Source: an uncultured Clostridia bacterium
GTDB taxonomy: Bacteria > Bacillota > Clostridia > Christensenellales > CAG-314
Length of the DNA: 64,000 bases
Reading direction: 5' to 3'
Assembly (NCBI GenBank): GCA_947628135.1
Contig: CANQYT010000001.1
Span: 129,285 to 193,284 of the forward strand
Each line of letters begins with the position of its first letter. The first letter of the stretch is position 1. This document shows positions 56,065-64,000 of this stretch, one piece after another. The notes below the pieces were generated by a model. That model had not been told where the DNA came from, did no database searches, and was given only the letters and a program-made list of their open reading frames with translations. A program made the translations under genes and the position numbers.

Positions 56065-57495
56065 ATGAGAAACACAGCAAAATTATTAGTTATTTTGTTA
56101 GTATTTGGTGCGTGTTTCGGTATATTTGCGGCTTGTGAGCCCAAGCCCGACCACGAACATACGTGGGTAAACGGTGTTTGCACTCAATGCGACGCAGAGT
56201 ACGAACTTGTGGACTATGTTTCCCAACTCAAATTGGACGAAAACTCCTCCACAGAAAAGACCGCTCCCGGCGGCGCCGAACTTGTCCGTATGTATATCGA
56301 CGGAGACACAACGCACTTCAACGTTCCCGTAACCGACAAGCATCCCGAGGGCGTGCTTAAAGCGCGTTACCTTGCGGTAAACACGCCCGAGTCCACCGGT
56401 CAGGTAGAGCCTTACGGTAAGGTTGCGTCCAACTTTACCAAAAAGACCCTTCAAGACGCAATCGCAAACGGCGGCAAGGTTCTTGTTGAGTCCGACTCTG
56501 ACGAGTGGGAAAACGACAGTTACGGCAGAACGACCGCCTGGGTGTGGTACCAACCCGAGGCAAACGCCGATTGGCGCAACCTCAATCTCGAATTGTTGCA
56601 AAAGGGTCTCGGTTTCGGTTCTTCCGTAAGCGAAAACCGCTACGGTGAGACCTGCCTTGCGGCAGTAGAGCAGGCAATGCGGGCAAAACTTATTGTCCAC
56701 TCCGGCGTCAAGGACGAAAACTACTACTACGGTCAGGCACAGGAGATCACCATCAAAGAACTCCGCACCAACTTTGAAGAGTACGAACTTGTCAAGGTTG
56801 CTTTCGATGGATATGTTACCGCAAGTTATGACGGCACCAGTTACGTTCAGCAGTACGACGAAGAAGATGGTATTTGGTACGGCATTTCCGTGTTCTACAA
56901 CGGATCCGGTTCCGACATCAAAAAGGCACTTGCCGTTGGCAGTCACGTCCGCGTGGTAGGTACCGCCCAAGACTTCAACGGCACCTGGCAGGTTTCCGGC
57001 TTGTCCTACAACATCATCAACACCAAGGATCCCGCAAACACATTCAAGTTGGATGACGAAATACACGATATCGACCCTGTGGTGTTGACGATCGCTCAGT
57101 TCAATGCCAACAGAACGGTAGATGTAATTGACCACACTGCTGAAAGCGATGAAATCGTGTATGTTCCCAAGACCTATCCGCTGCATACTTTGTTGGTAGG
57201 CACTCGGGTCAAAATGGTGGACCTTATCGTAGATCACACTTACACAACACCTTCCGGCACAAGCAAGGACGCCTTCACTTTGTACTGCAAGGATAGCAGC
57301 GGCAATGAAATAACCGTTCGCACAGAGGTGCTTAACAAATGGAACGAAGAAACTCAACGTTACGAACTCGTTACCGCGGATGAATTCGAATGCAAAACGA
57401 TCACCGTTATCGGTATTGTCGATTGGTACAACTACGACAATCACAACGAATATCAGCTCCGCGTTGTCGACTACAACGACTTGATTCAAGCCTGA
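56065..57495 (+). CDS. secreted lipoprotein with a staphylococcal-nuclease (thermonuclease) domain and a C-terminal OB-like region
   Basis: 476 aa. Lipobox FAAC. SNase motifs IDGDTTHF, RYLAVNTPES, PYGKVASNFTKK, DSYGRTTAWVW and ELLQKGLG. Confidence 0.8.
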   Translation: MRNTAKLLVILLVFGACFGIFAACEPKPDHEHTWVNGVCTQCDAEYELVDYVSQLKLDENSSTEKTAPGGAELVRMYIDGDTTHFNVPVTDKHPEGVLKARYLAVNTPESTGQVEPYGKVASNFTKKTLQDAIANGGKVLVESDSDEWENDSYGRTTAWVWYQPEANADWRNLNLELLQKGLGFGSSVSENRYGETCLAAVEQAMRAKLIVHSGVKDENYYYGQAQEITIKELRTNFEEYELVKVAFDGYVTASYDGTSYVQQYDEEDGIWYGISVFYNGSGSDIKKALAVGSHVRVVGTAQDFNGTWQVSGLSYNIINTKDPANTFKLDDEIHDIDPVVLTIAQFNANRTVDVIDHTAESDEIVYVPKTYPLHTLLVGTRVKMVDLIVDHTYTTPSGTSKDAFTLYCKDSSGNEITVRTEVLNKWNEETQRYELVTADEFECKTITVIGIVDWYNYDNHNEYQLRVVDYNDLIQA

Positions 57496-57548
57496 AAAAC
57501 AAGTATAAAAAACGCAACAGACTTAAAAATAATAAAAAGGAGAGTATT

Positions 57549-58970
57549 ATGAAGAAAAAAATTGCATTGTTGCTTGCAGCAGTAATGGTTGTGGCAACTT
57601 TCGGAATGGTTCTTGCCGCTTGCGGGCTTTCCGACGAATCGATCCAGGCTCTTTACACTGAAATGAGCAGGTATCACCGCAACGACAAAGTCAATACCGA
57701 AGAAAACTACACCTTGATCGGACACATTACCACGATCACCGACGACGGCGAAGTGGATGCTTATGTTCGCTGGACATCCAGTTCCGACAAGGTGGTCATT
57801 TCCTCCGAAATGAACAACGCGGGTTTCTACACGGTTACTATTCCCGATCGTACTACCTTGACGGAGGATATCAACTACACTATTACGGGTACGCTTGTTG
57901 ACGCCGACGGAAAGGAGTACAAGGACGCTGACGGCAACCCCTACTCGGTTACACTCAATCGTGTCGTTCCCAAGTACACCTCTGAACTTGACATTGTAGA
58001 CACCCTCACCACGGGCAACTACAAGATCCTTATGCGTGATGAAACCAACGACAAGATTTGGTATGCCAAAGGAGAAATTTACGGTGGCTACTACCTTGCA
58101 ATAACCGAAGACAAAACCGAAGCCGCCGTTTTCACAATTACCGTAGATAACGGTAGCTACGCAATTCAAGTTAACGGCAAGTATCTCGAAGCCTACAAGG
58201 TTTACAATAGCAGCAAGGATAGATATTATGTAGACTTGCGCTTGGTCTCCACCCCCTCCACATCTGATGACCTGCTCACTCTCACTTGGGATACCGAACA
58301 CAAAACATTCTATGTTGATCTCAACGGAACAAACTATTTCCTTGGTGTAAACTACCAAAGCGGCACGACCACTCTGTACAGAGAGGCTATCGGTGCTTCC
58401 GACGCGAGATATGTTGACAGTGCAAACAACTTCCCCATTCATTTTGTTACAACGACCGACCAACCTGATGGCAGCGTTGACCAAGGTACCAAGTACGGCA
58501 TCAAGCAAGCGACCGAACTCCAAGTCGGCACCGACTACTACCTTGGTTTGTACAACACTCAGGTTAGCACCTGGTACTTCTTTACCGGTGTAATGGGCGG
58601 TTACAATAACTTCTACTTTGCCACCTCTGACAACAAGGACGAGGCAGCGGCAGTAGTTTTGGAATCGCACGAAGACGGCTACTACATCAAGGTCAAGAGT
58701 AGCGGCAAGTATTTGACTCTCGGACCTCGCAGCGGTGACTACACCAAGAGTACTTTGAGCCTTGAAGATACAGCGTCTACCGTTTGGAAGTACGACGAAA
58801 CGACTAAGTGCTTTACTACCGAGTTGACAAATGGTGAAAATACCTACAAATTCTACCTTGGCAACTACGGTGCAAACGTAGATTTAAGCGGACTTGCTCG
58901 TTTTGATAGTGGCAACTATCCCGCTTTGTTAGGTGAGATTGTTACTGCAAGCGAAGCTAAAACGGCATAA
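57549..58970 (+). CDS. lipoprotein of unknown function
   Basis: Met 54 of ORF 57390..58970, preceded by AAAGGAGAG. Lipobox LAAC. Beta-rich with internally similar halves (YYLAITEDKTEAAVFTI and FYFATSDNKDEAAAVVL). Confidence 0.7.
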   Translation: MKKKIALLLAAVMVVATFGMVLAACGLSDESIQALYTEMSRYHRNDKVNTEENYTLIGHITTITDDGEVDAYVRWTSSSDKVVISSEMNNAGFYTVTIPDRTTLTEDINYTITGTLVDADGKEYKDADGNPYSVTLNRVVPKYTSELDIVDTLTTGNYKILMRDETNDKIWYAKGEIYGGYYLAITEDKTEAAVFTITVDNGSYAIQVNGKYLEAYKVYNSSKDRYYVDLRLVSTPSTSDDLLTLTWDTEHKTFYVDLNGTNYFLGVNYQSGTTTLYREAIGASDARYVDSANNFPIHFVTTTDQPDGSVDQGTKYGIKQATELQVGTDYYLGLYNTQVSTWYFFTGVMGGYNNFYFATSDNKDEAAAVVLESHEDGYYIKVKSSGKYLTLGPRSGDYTKSTLSLEDTASTVWKYDETTKCFTTELTNGENTYKFYLGNYGANVDLSGLARFDSGNYPALLGEIVTASEAKTA

Positions 58971-59124
58971 CCTAAACCTCAACAGAAGAAGTTGACGATG
59001 TCGCAAATCGGATACCTGCAAGGTCGGTTTGTTCTGATTCAACAATGGACAATGGCTGTATCTTACGGGACTATGAGCGGCAACGCAAGCGGGCAAAGCC
59101 GACGTAAACTTCAATCAAAACAAA

Positions 59125-59156
59125 ACACCCGAGGATTTCCCCTCGGGTGTTTTCTT
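59125..59156 (+). terminator. rho-independent terminator preceding array C
   Basis: Hairpin ACACCCGAGG-atttcc-CCTCGGGTGT followed by TTTCTTT. Confidence 0.8.
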
Positions 59157-59189
59157 TGCCCGCGACCCGCCGCTAACCTATTTTCTACA

Positions 59190-61412
59190 TATTTTCTATT
59201 TTTCTTCCTGTCCGCAGGAAACATATATTGTATCGCAACCATTAAAACAACCGTCCCCGTCAATTACGCATAGCGGAATTTACGGGGAAGGGGGACTGCG
59301 CTCCGCGCGGTGGAAGAGGGGGTTTCCGAAATGATTTGTATACCCTTTAACAACCCGCTACGTCGGACGTGGTGGAAGAGGTTTTTTCCGAAACCCTATT
59401 ATTTTTCACACCGCGACATCGGAGATGGCTTTTCGAAATTTGTATATTCTCTGCCAACCCGCTACTTTCGACTTCCCTCTCACCCTGTCCGCAGGAAATA
59501 AATTTTGCACGGCGATGAAAGACCTTCCCCGTCACGTATGAATTTCTCCAATATGTATTTTTGCTATCACCTGTTCTAAATGTCTGTATTTTTTATTTCC
59601 CCTGTCCGCAGGAAACGTATATTGTATCGCAATCATTAAAACAACCGTCCCCGTCACGGGTAAGCCGTTACGGGGAAGGTGTCGCCCGACGGGCGACGGA
59701 AGAGGGTTTCTCCGAAATCAACTCACTCCCTTGCCCCTCTTTCGTCTGCTACGCAGCCACCTTCCCCGAAAGTCGCGCTTGCGCTGTTGACTGTCGGGGA
59801 AGGTCTGTTGCTCGATTGCACCTATGACCGTAAACACAGTGTGTCTTTGAGTAGTTGTTTTTGTTGTCAGTTAAATTCACCAAACGAGTTAGTTTGTTTT
59901 CTCACACTTTGTCCGTAGAAAATGCAAATCACCCGCAAAAAATTTGTATATTCCATATTTCATTTCTCTCCCTGTCCGCAGGAAATAAATTTTGCACGGC
60001 GATGAAAGACCGTCCCCGTCACGTGTGAATTTCTCCAATATGTATTTTTGCTATCACCTGTTCTCAATGTCTGTATTTTTTTTACCCCTGTCCGCAGGAA
60101 ACGTATATTGTATCGCAACTATTAAAACAACCGTCCCCGTCACGGGTAAGCCGTTACGGGGAAGGTGTCGCCCAACGGGCGACGGAAGAGGGTTTCTCCG
60201 AAACCAACTCATTCCTTTGCCCCCTCTTTCGTCTGCTACGCAGCCACCTTCCCCGAAAGTCGCGCTTGCGCTGTTGACTGTCGGGGAAGGTCTGTTGCTA
60301 AATTGCACTTATGACTGCAAATACAGTGTGTTTTTGAAACGTTGTTTTTTTGTTATCGGTAAAATACACAATGCAAGTGTAATTTGTTTTTTCTCACTCT
60401 GTCCGCAGGAAATAAATTATGCACGGCGATGAAAGACCGTCCCCGTCACGTGTGAATTTCTCCAATATGTATTTTTGCTATCACCTGTTCTCAATGTCTG
60501 TATTTTTTTTACCCCTGTCCGCAGGAAACGTATATTGTATCGCAACCATTAAAACGACCGTCCCCGTCACGGGTAAGCCGTTACGGGGAAGGTGTCGCCC
60601 AACGGGCGACGGAAGAGGGTTTGTTGAAATGATTTGTATACCCTTTAACAACCCGCTACATCGGACGTGGTGGAAGAGGGTTTTCCCGAAACTATTTTTA
60701 TTTTTCACACCGCGACATCGGAGAGGGCTTTTCGAAATTTGTATATTCTCTGCCAACCCGCTACTTTCGACTTCCCTCTCACCCTGTCCGCAGGAAATAA
60801 ATTTTGCACGGCGATGAAAGACCGTCCCCGTCACGGGTAAGCCGTTACGGGGAAGGTGTCGCCCAACGGGCGACGGAAGAGGGTTTCTCCGACGCCAACT
60901 CACTCTCTTGCACCCTCTTTCGTCTGCTACGCAGCCACCTTCCCCGAAAGTCGCGCTTGCGCTATTGACTGTCGGGGAAGGTCTGTTGCTCGATTGTACC
61001 TATGACAGTAAATAAAGTATGCTTTTGAAACGTTGTTTTTGTTATCAGTTAAATACACAAAGCAAGTGTAATTTGTTTTCTCTCCCTGTCCGTAGGAAAC
61101 GTATATTGTATCGCAACCATTAAAACAACCTTCCCCGTCACGGGTAAGCCGTTACGGGGACGGGGGACTGCGCTCCGCGCGGTGGAAGAGGGTTTGTTGA
61201 AATGATTTGTATACTCTTTAACAACCCGCTACATCGGACGTGGTGGAAGAGGGTTTTCCCGAAACCATTTTTATTTTTCACACCGCGACGTCGGAGAGGG
61301 CTTTTCGAAATTTGTATATTCTCTGCCAACCGCGCTGTCTAACGAGGTGGAAGAGGGGTTAATTGAAACCGACTCACTCCCTCGACCCCATCTTTTGTCT
61401 GTCGAAATGCCC
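59190..61412 (+). repeat. modular hairpin-repeat array C (9 units plus one degenerate head)
   Basis: Heads at 59210, 59487, 59604, 59974, 60090, 60401, 60517 and 60786 (exact GTCCGCAGGAAA), at 61088 (GTCCGTAGGAAA), and a degenerate one at 59911. Short (~115 nt) and long (~270-370 nt) units alternate. No RBS-led ORFs. Confidence 0.92.
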
Positions 61413-61449
61413 CTCAACTCGCGCGTTTGCGCGATTGAGTGCGTTTTTT
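61413..61449 (+). terminator. rho-independent terminator closing array C
   Basis: Hairpin CTCAACTCGCGC-gttt-GCGCGATTGAG followed by tgcgTTTTTT. Confidence 0.75.
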
Positions 61450-61686
61450 CTTTTCAAAAACCGCCTTTTTTGCAATTTTTACCCCCATTTGCGCAAAAAG
61501 TTTAGAATAACTAATCAAAACGTTTGACATTACTTAACCATTGCTATATACTGTCATTGTTGCCCGTGGCAAACAAATTTATTTTCGTATATGCAAGCGG
61601 TCGTGCTTGCGCCGTGAGATACGGCGGTACTGTAAATAACTTGTTGGTTGCCGTCGGGTATTTTTTTGTATCGGGAGGTGTCGATA

Positions 61687-62223
61687 TTGGTAGAAATAGG
61701 TCGAAAGATCAAGCAATACCGATTGCAGTTGGACTTGACTCAGGAGGAGTTGGCGCAGCGCACCGAATTGACCAAGGGATATATTTCCCAATTGGAAAAC
61801 GATCTCTGTTCCCCCTCCATAGCAACGTTGGAGGACATTCTCAACGTTCTCGGCGTGTCGCTCAACGAGTTTTTCGCCGAGCCGCGCCGCGAGCAGGTGG
61901 TGTACACCCCCAAGGACTACTTCGTTTCCGTAAGCGGCAACGTGGAAAGCGTCTGGCTCATTCCCGATTCGCAGGTAAAGCAAATAGAACCGATAATTCT
62001 CACGTTGAAAAACGGCGGCGAAAGCGCCGAGCGCAGTCCTTTCGAGGGCGAGGAGTTCGGCTATGTGCTGTCCGGCGAGTTGGAGTTGGAAGTGGGCGAC
62101 GAACGCTACACGGTAAAGGCGGGCGAATCTTTTTCGCTTAGCGGCACGCGCCAACACAAACTCAAAAACGTCAAAAAAACTCAAACCAAAGTGCTGTGGG
62201 TAACCACGCCGTCAAATTTTTAG
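61687..62223 (+). CDS. XRE-HTH plus cupin-domain transcriptional regulator
   Basis: TTG start within ORF 61648..62223, preceded by GGGAGGTG. HTH LTQEELAQRTELTKGYISQLEND and a C-terminal cupin (GEEFGYVLSGELELEVGDERY). Confidence 0.8.
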   Translation: MVEIGRKIKQYRLQLDLTQEELAQRTELTKGYISQLENDLCSPSIATLEDILNVLGVSLNEFFAEPRREQVVYTPKDYFVSVSGNVESVWLIPDSQVKQIEPIILTLKNGGESAERSPFEGEEFGYVLSGELELEVGDERYTVKAGESFSLSGTRQHKLKNVKKTQTKVLWVTTPSNF

Positions 62224-62232
62224 GAGGCAACT

Positions 62233-63690
62233 ATGGACGACAAAATAATCGAAATCAAAAACGTCTGCAAAAGTTACAGCGACAAACCCGTTGTAAAAAA
62301 CATTTCGCTATCCATTCGCCGCGGCGAATTTGTCACGCTTCTCGGTCCGTCCGGTTGCGGCAAAACTACCACGTTGCGTATGATAGCGGGTTTCGAACAG
62401 CCCACAAGCGGAACGATACTTTTCAACGGCGAGGACATCACGTTGCTGCCTCCCCACAAGCGCAACATCAACACGGTCTTTCAGAAGTATGCGCTTTTCC
62501 CGCACCTCAACGTGTTCGGCAACATCGCTTTCGGGTTGAAAATGAAAACTATCCCCGACGGTGAACCCACCGTAGACAAGCGCGGCAACCGCGTGCAGAA
62601 AATGCGCCACCTCACCAAGGCGGAAATAAAGGACAAAGTCAACGCCGCTCTCAAAATGGTGGACCTCGAAGACTACGGACACCGCGCCGTCAACAGCCTC
62701 AGCGGCGGACAGCAGCAGCGCGTAGCCATTGCCCGCGCCCTCGTCAACGAGCCGCAGGTGTTGCTTCTTGACGAGCCTTTGGGCGCGTTGGACCTCAAAA
62801 TGCGCAAAGATATGCAGTTGGAACTTATGCAAATGCACAGTCAGTTGGGCATAACCTTTGTGTACGTCACCCACGATCAGGAAGAGGCGCTCACGATGTC
62901 CGACACGATAGTGGTTATGAAAGACGGCGAAATTCAGCAAATAGGCACGCCCACCAAGGTCTACGACGAGCCTGCCAACGCCTTTGTCGCCGACTTCATA
63001 GGCGAATCCAACATTCTTTCCGGCACAATGGTAAGAGATTGCTGCGTGGACATTTCCGGGCACAAATTCGAGTGCGTGGACAAAGGCTTCAAGTACAACG
63101 AGCCCATCGACGTGATAGTGCGCCCCGAGGACATCAATATAGTGCCCGTCAACGACAAACAGTGTCTCATCGAGGCGGACGTGCTTAGTTGCGTGTTCAA
63201 GGGCGACCACTATCAGGTGACCGCGCTCACTCACGGCGACGAACGCAACGAGATAATCATTCACGACAACGTGGAAGTAAACGTCGGCGACGTTATCGGG
63301 CTGTACATCAAGCCGTTCGACTTCCACATAATGCACAAATCCCGTCTGATAAACGAAGTGGAGGGGGAAATGCACGACAAAAACGTCGTTTCTTTCTGCG
63401 GCGGACGTTTCGAGTGCGTAAGCGACATTCCCGATAACGCCCCCGTGCGCGTAAAGGTGGATTTCGACGACGTGGAACTCACCGACGACGAAGAGGACGG
63501 CACGATTGGCGCAACTATCATTTCCGCCATATACAAGGGCAGTTATTGGCAGTACATCGTGCGCACCGACACCTACTACGATTTCTTTGTGGACAACGAC
63601 TACGAGTGGAGCATAGGCGACCGCGTAGGCATCAAGATCGCCCCCGACAAACTGCAAATAGAGGAGGTACGCCGCGAAGATGAAGAATAA
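62233..63690 (+). CDS. potA: spermidine/putrescine-type ABC transporter ATP-binding protein (long form)
   Basis: 485 aa. GEFVTLLGPSGCGKTTTLRMIAGFE, TVFQKYALFPHLNV, LSGGQQQRVAIARAL, LLLDEPLGALD. Has an inserted segment after GLKMK and a long C-terminal domain. Confidence 0.8.
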   Translation: MDDKIIEIKNVCKSYSDKPVVKNISLSIRRGEFVTLLGPSGCGKTTTLRMIAGFEQPTSGTILFNGEDITLLPPHKRNINTVFQKYALFPHLNVFGNIAFGLKMKTIPDGEPTVDKRGNRVQKMRHLTKAEIKDKVNAALKMVDLEDYGHRAVNSLSGGQQQRVAIARALVNEPQVLLLDEPLGALDLKMRKDMQLELMQMHSQLGITFVYVTHDQEEALTMSDTIVVMKDGEIQQIGTPTKVYDEPANAFVADFIGESNILSGTMVRDCCVDISGHKFECVDKGFKYNEPIDVIVRPEDINIVPVNDKQCLIEADVLSCVFKGDHYQVTALTHGDERNEIIIHDNVEVNVGDVIGLYIKPFDFHIMHKSRLINEVEGEMHDKNVVSFCGGRFECVSDIPDNAPVRVKVDFDDVELTDDEEDGTIGATIISAIYKGSYWQYIVRTDTYYDFFVDNDYEWSIGDRVGIKIAPDKLQIEEVRREDEE

Positions 63691-64000
63691 ACCCAAATTC
63701 AAGTTCCGTTTGACGCGCCGCGCCTTCGCCTACCCGTATATGATTTTTATGCTTCTGTTCGTGGTAGTGCCGCTGGTGATAATTCTCATCAACGCGTTTC
63801 TGGACGACAACAAGCAATTCACGTTTCAAAACTTCGTGGAATTTTTCTCCGACGCGGGCGGCGGCTTGACGGTCCTCGGCAACTCCCTCGTGATAGGTCT
63901 TGTAACGACGCTTATCTGTCTTGTGATAGGCTACCCCGTGGCGTATTTTTTGGCAAAGTATCACGCAAGCAGCCGCGTGTTCGTACTGCTGTTCATTTTG
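63680..64000 (+). CDS. potB: ABC transporter permease, PotB-like (3' end outside window)
   Basis: Hand translation from the ATG at 63680 (overlapping the potA stop) gives MKNKPKFKFRLTRRAFAYPYMIFMLLFVVVPLVIILINAF... The frame stays open to the window edge. Confidence 0.6.
   Translation, partial: MKNKPKFKFRLTRRAFAYPYMIFMLLFVVVPLVIILINAFLDDNKQFTFQNFVEFFSDAGGGLTVLGNSLVIGLVTTLICLVIGYPVAYFLAKYHASSRVFVLLFIL

Noticed and set aside
59497-59515. Sigma-54 promoter-like TTTTGCACGGCGATGAAA in the short-unit leader.
   Set aside because: It lacks the invariant GG of the -24 element and the GC of the -12 element at the correct spacing.
59487-59600. Hammerhead or other small self-cleaving ribozyme at the unit heads (GAAAC after a short stem; CGATGAAAG in the short units).
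   Set aside because: The CUGAUGA core is absent; the best match is GCGAUGA. I could not build the three-stem junction. No twister, pistol or HDV-like cores were recognisable by eye. Only a covariance-model scan could settle it.
59992-60817. ORFs of 130-146 aa inside repeat array C (59992..60432, 60419..60817, and the minus-strand 60481..60903). Similar ORFs lie inside arrays A and B (34494..35132, 40545..40847, 40844..41206).
   Set aside because: There are no ribosome-binding sites. The reading frames are not maintained between otherwise near-identical units. The translated sequences are low-complexity read-through of hairpin DNA (…PVTGKPLRGRCRPTGDGRG…). Both strands give ORFs of similar length, which is typical for repeats rather than genes.

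Overview
This 64-kb window looks like a Firmicutes/Clostridia-type chromosome of moderately high GC. Evidence is Bacillus-like synteny: rplU-prp-rpmA, mrnC-rlmB-sigH, dnaX-ybaB-recR, and pgk-tpiA-gpmI-secG-rnr-smpB. About 64 CDS can be supported, mostly housekeeping genes on the + strand. No rRNA, tRNA, tmRNA or CRISPR array was recognised.

Three things stand out.

(1) A modular, hairpin-dense repeat family that I could not assign to any family I know. It has 12 exact and 4 variant copies of the head GTCCGCAGGAAA, all on the + strand. They form three ORF-free arrays, about 4 kb in total: 34040-35095, 40515-41110 and 59190-61412.

(2) Two of these arrays, in direct orientation, bracket an accessory island between smpB and typA. 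The island carries a Hin/resolvase-type serine recombinase. Next to it is a 193-bp segment bounded by 20-bp inverted repeats (18/20 matching). The segment holds a near-consensus sigma-A promoter that currently points away from a four-gene secreted/membrane-protein operon with no other visible promoter. This is a candidate invertible promoter (phase-variation switch).

(3) Both island edges carry short periodic duplications (295 and 300 bp). Each contains a 37-nt GC-rich motif (34/37 identical), and the two copies are in inverted orientation.

Smaller oddities: an HTH-transmembrane-LRR fusion, a promoter-to-terminator orphan unit after glmS, a roughly 30-35-residue insertion in Pgk, and a secreted SNase-type nuclease next to a sugar-type ABC transporter.

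All family assignments come from motif recognition by eye. No database search was run.
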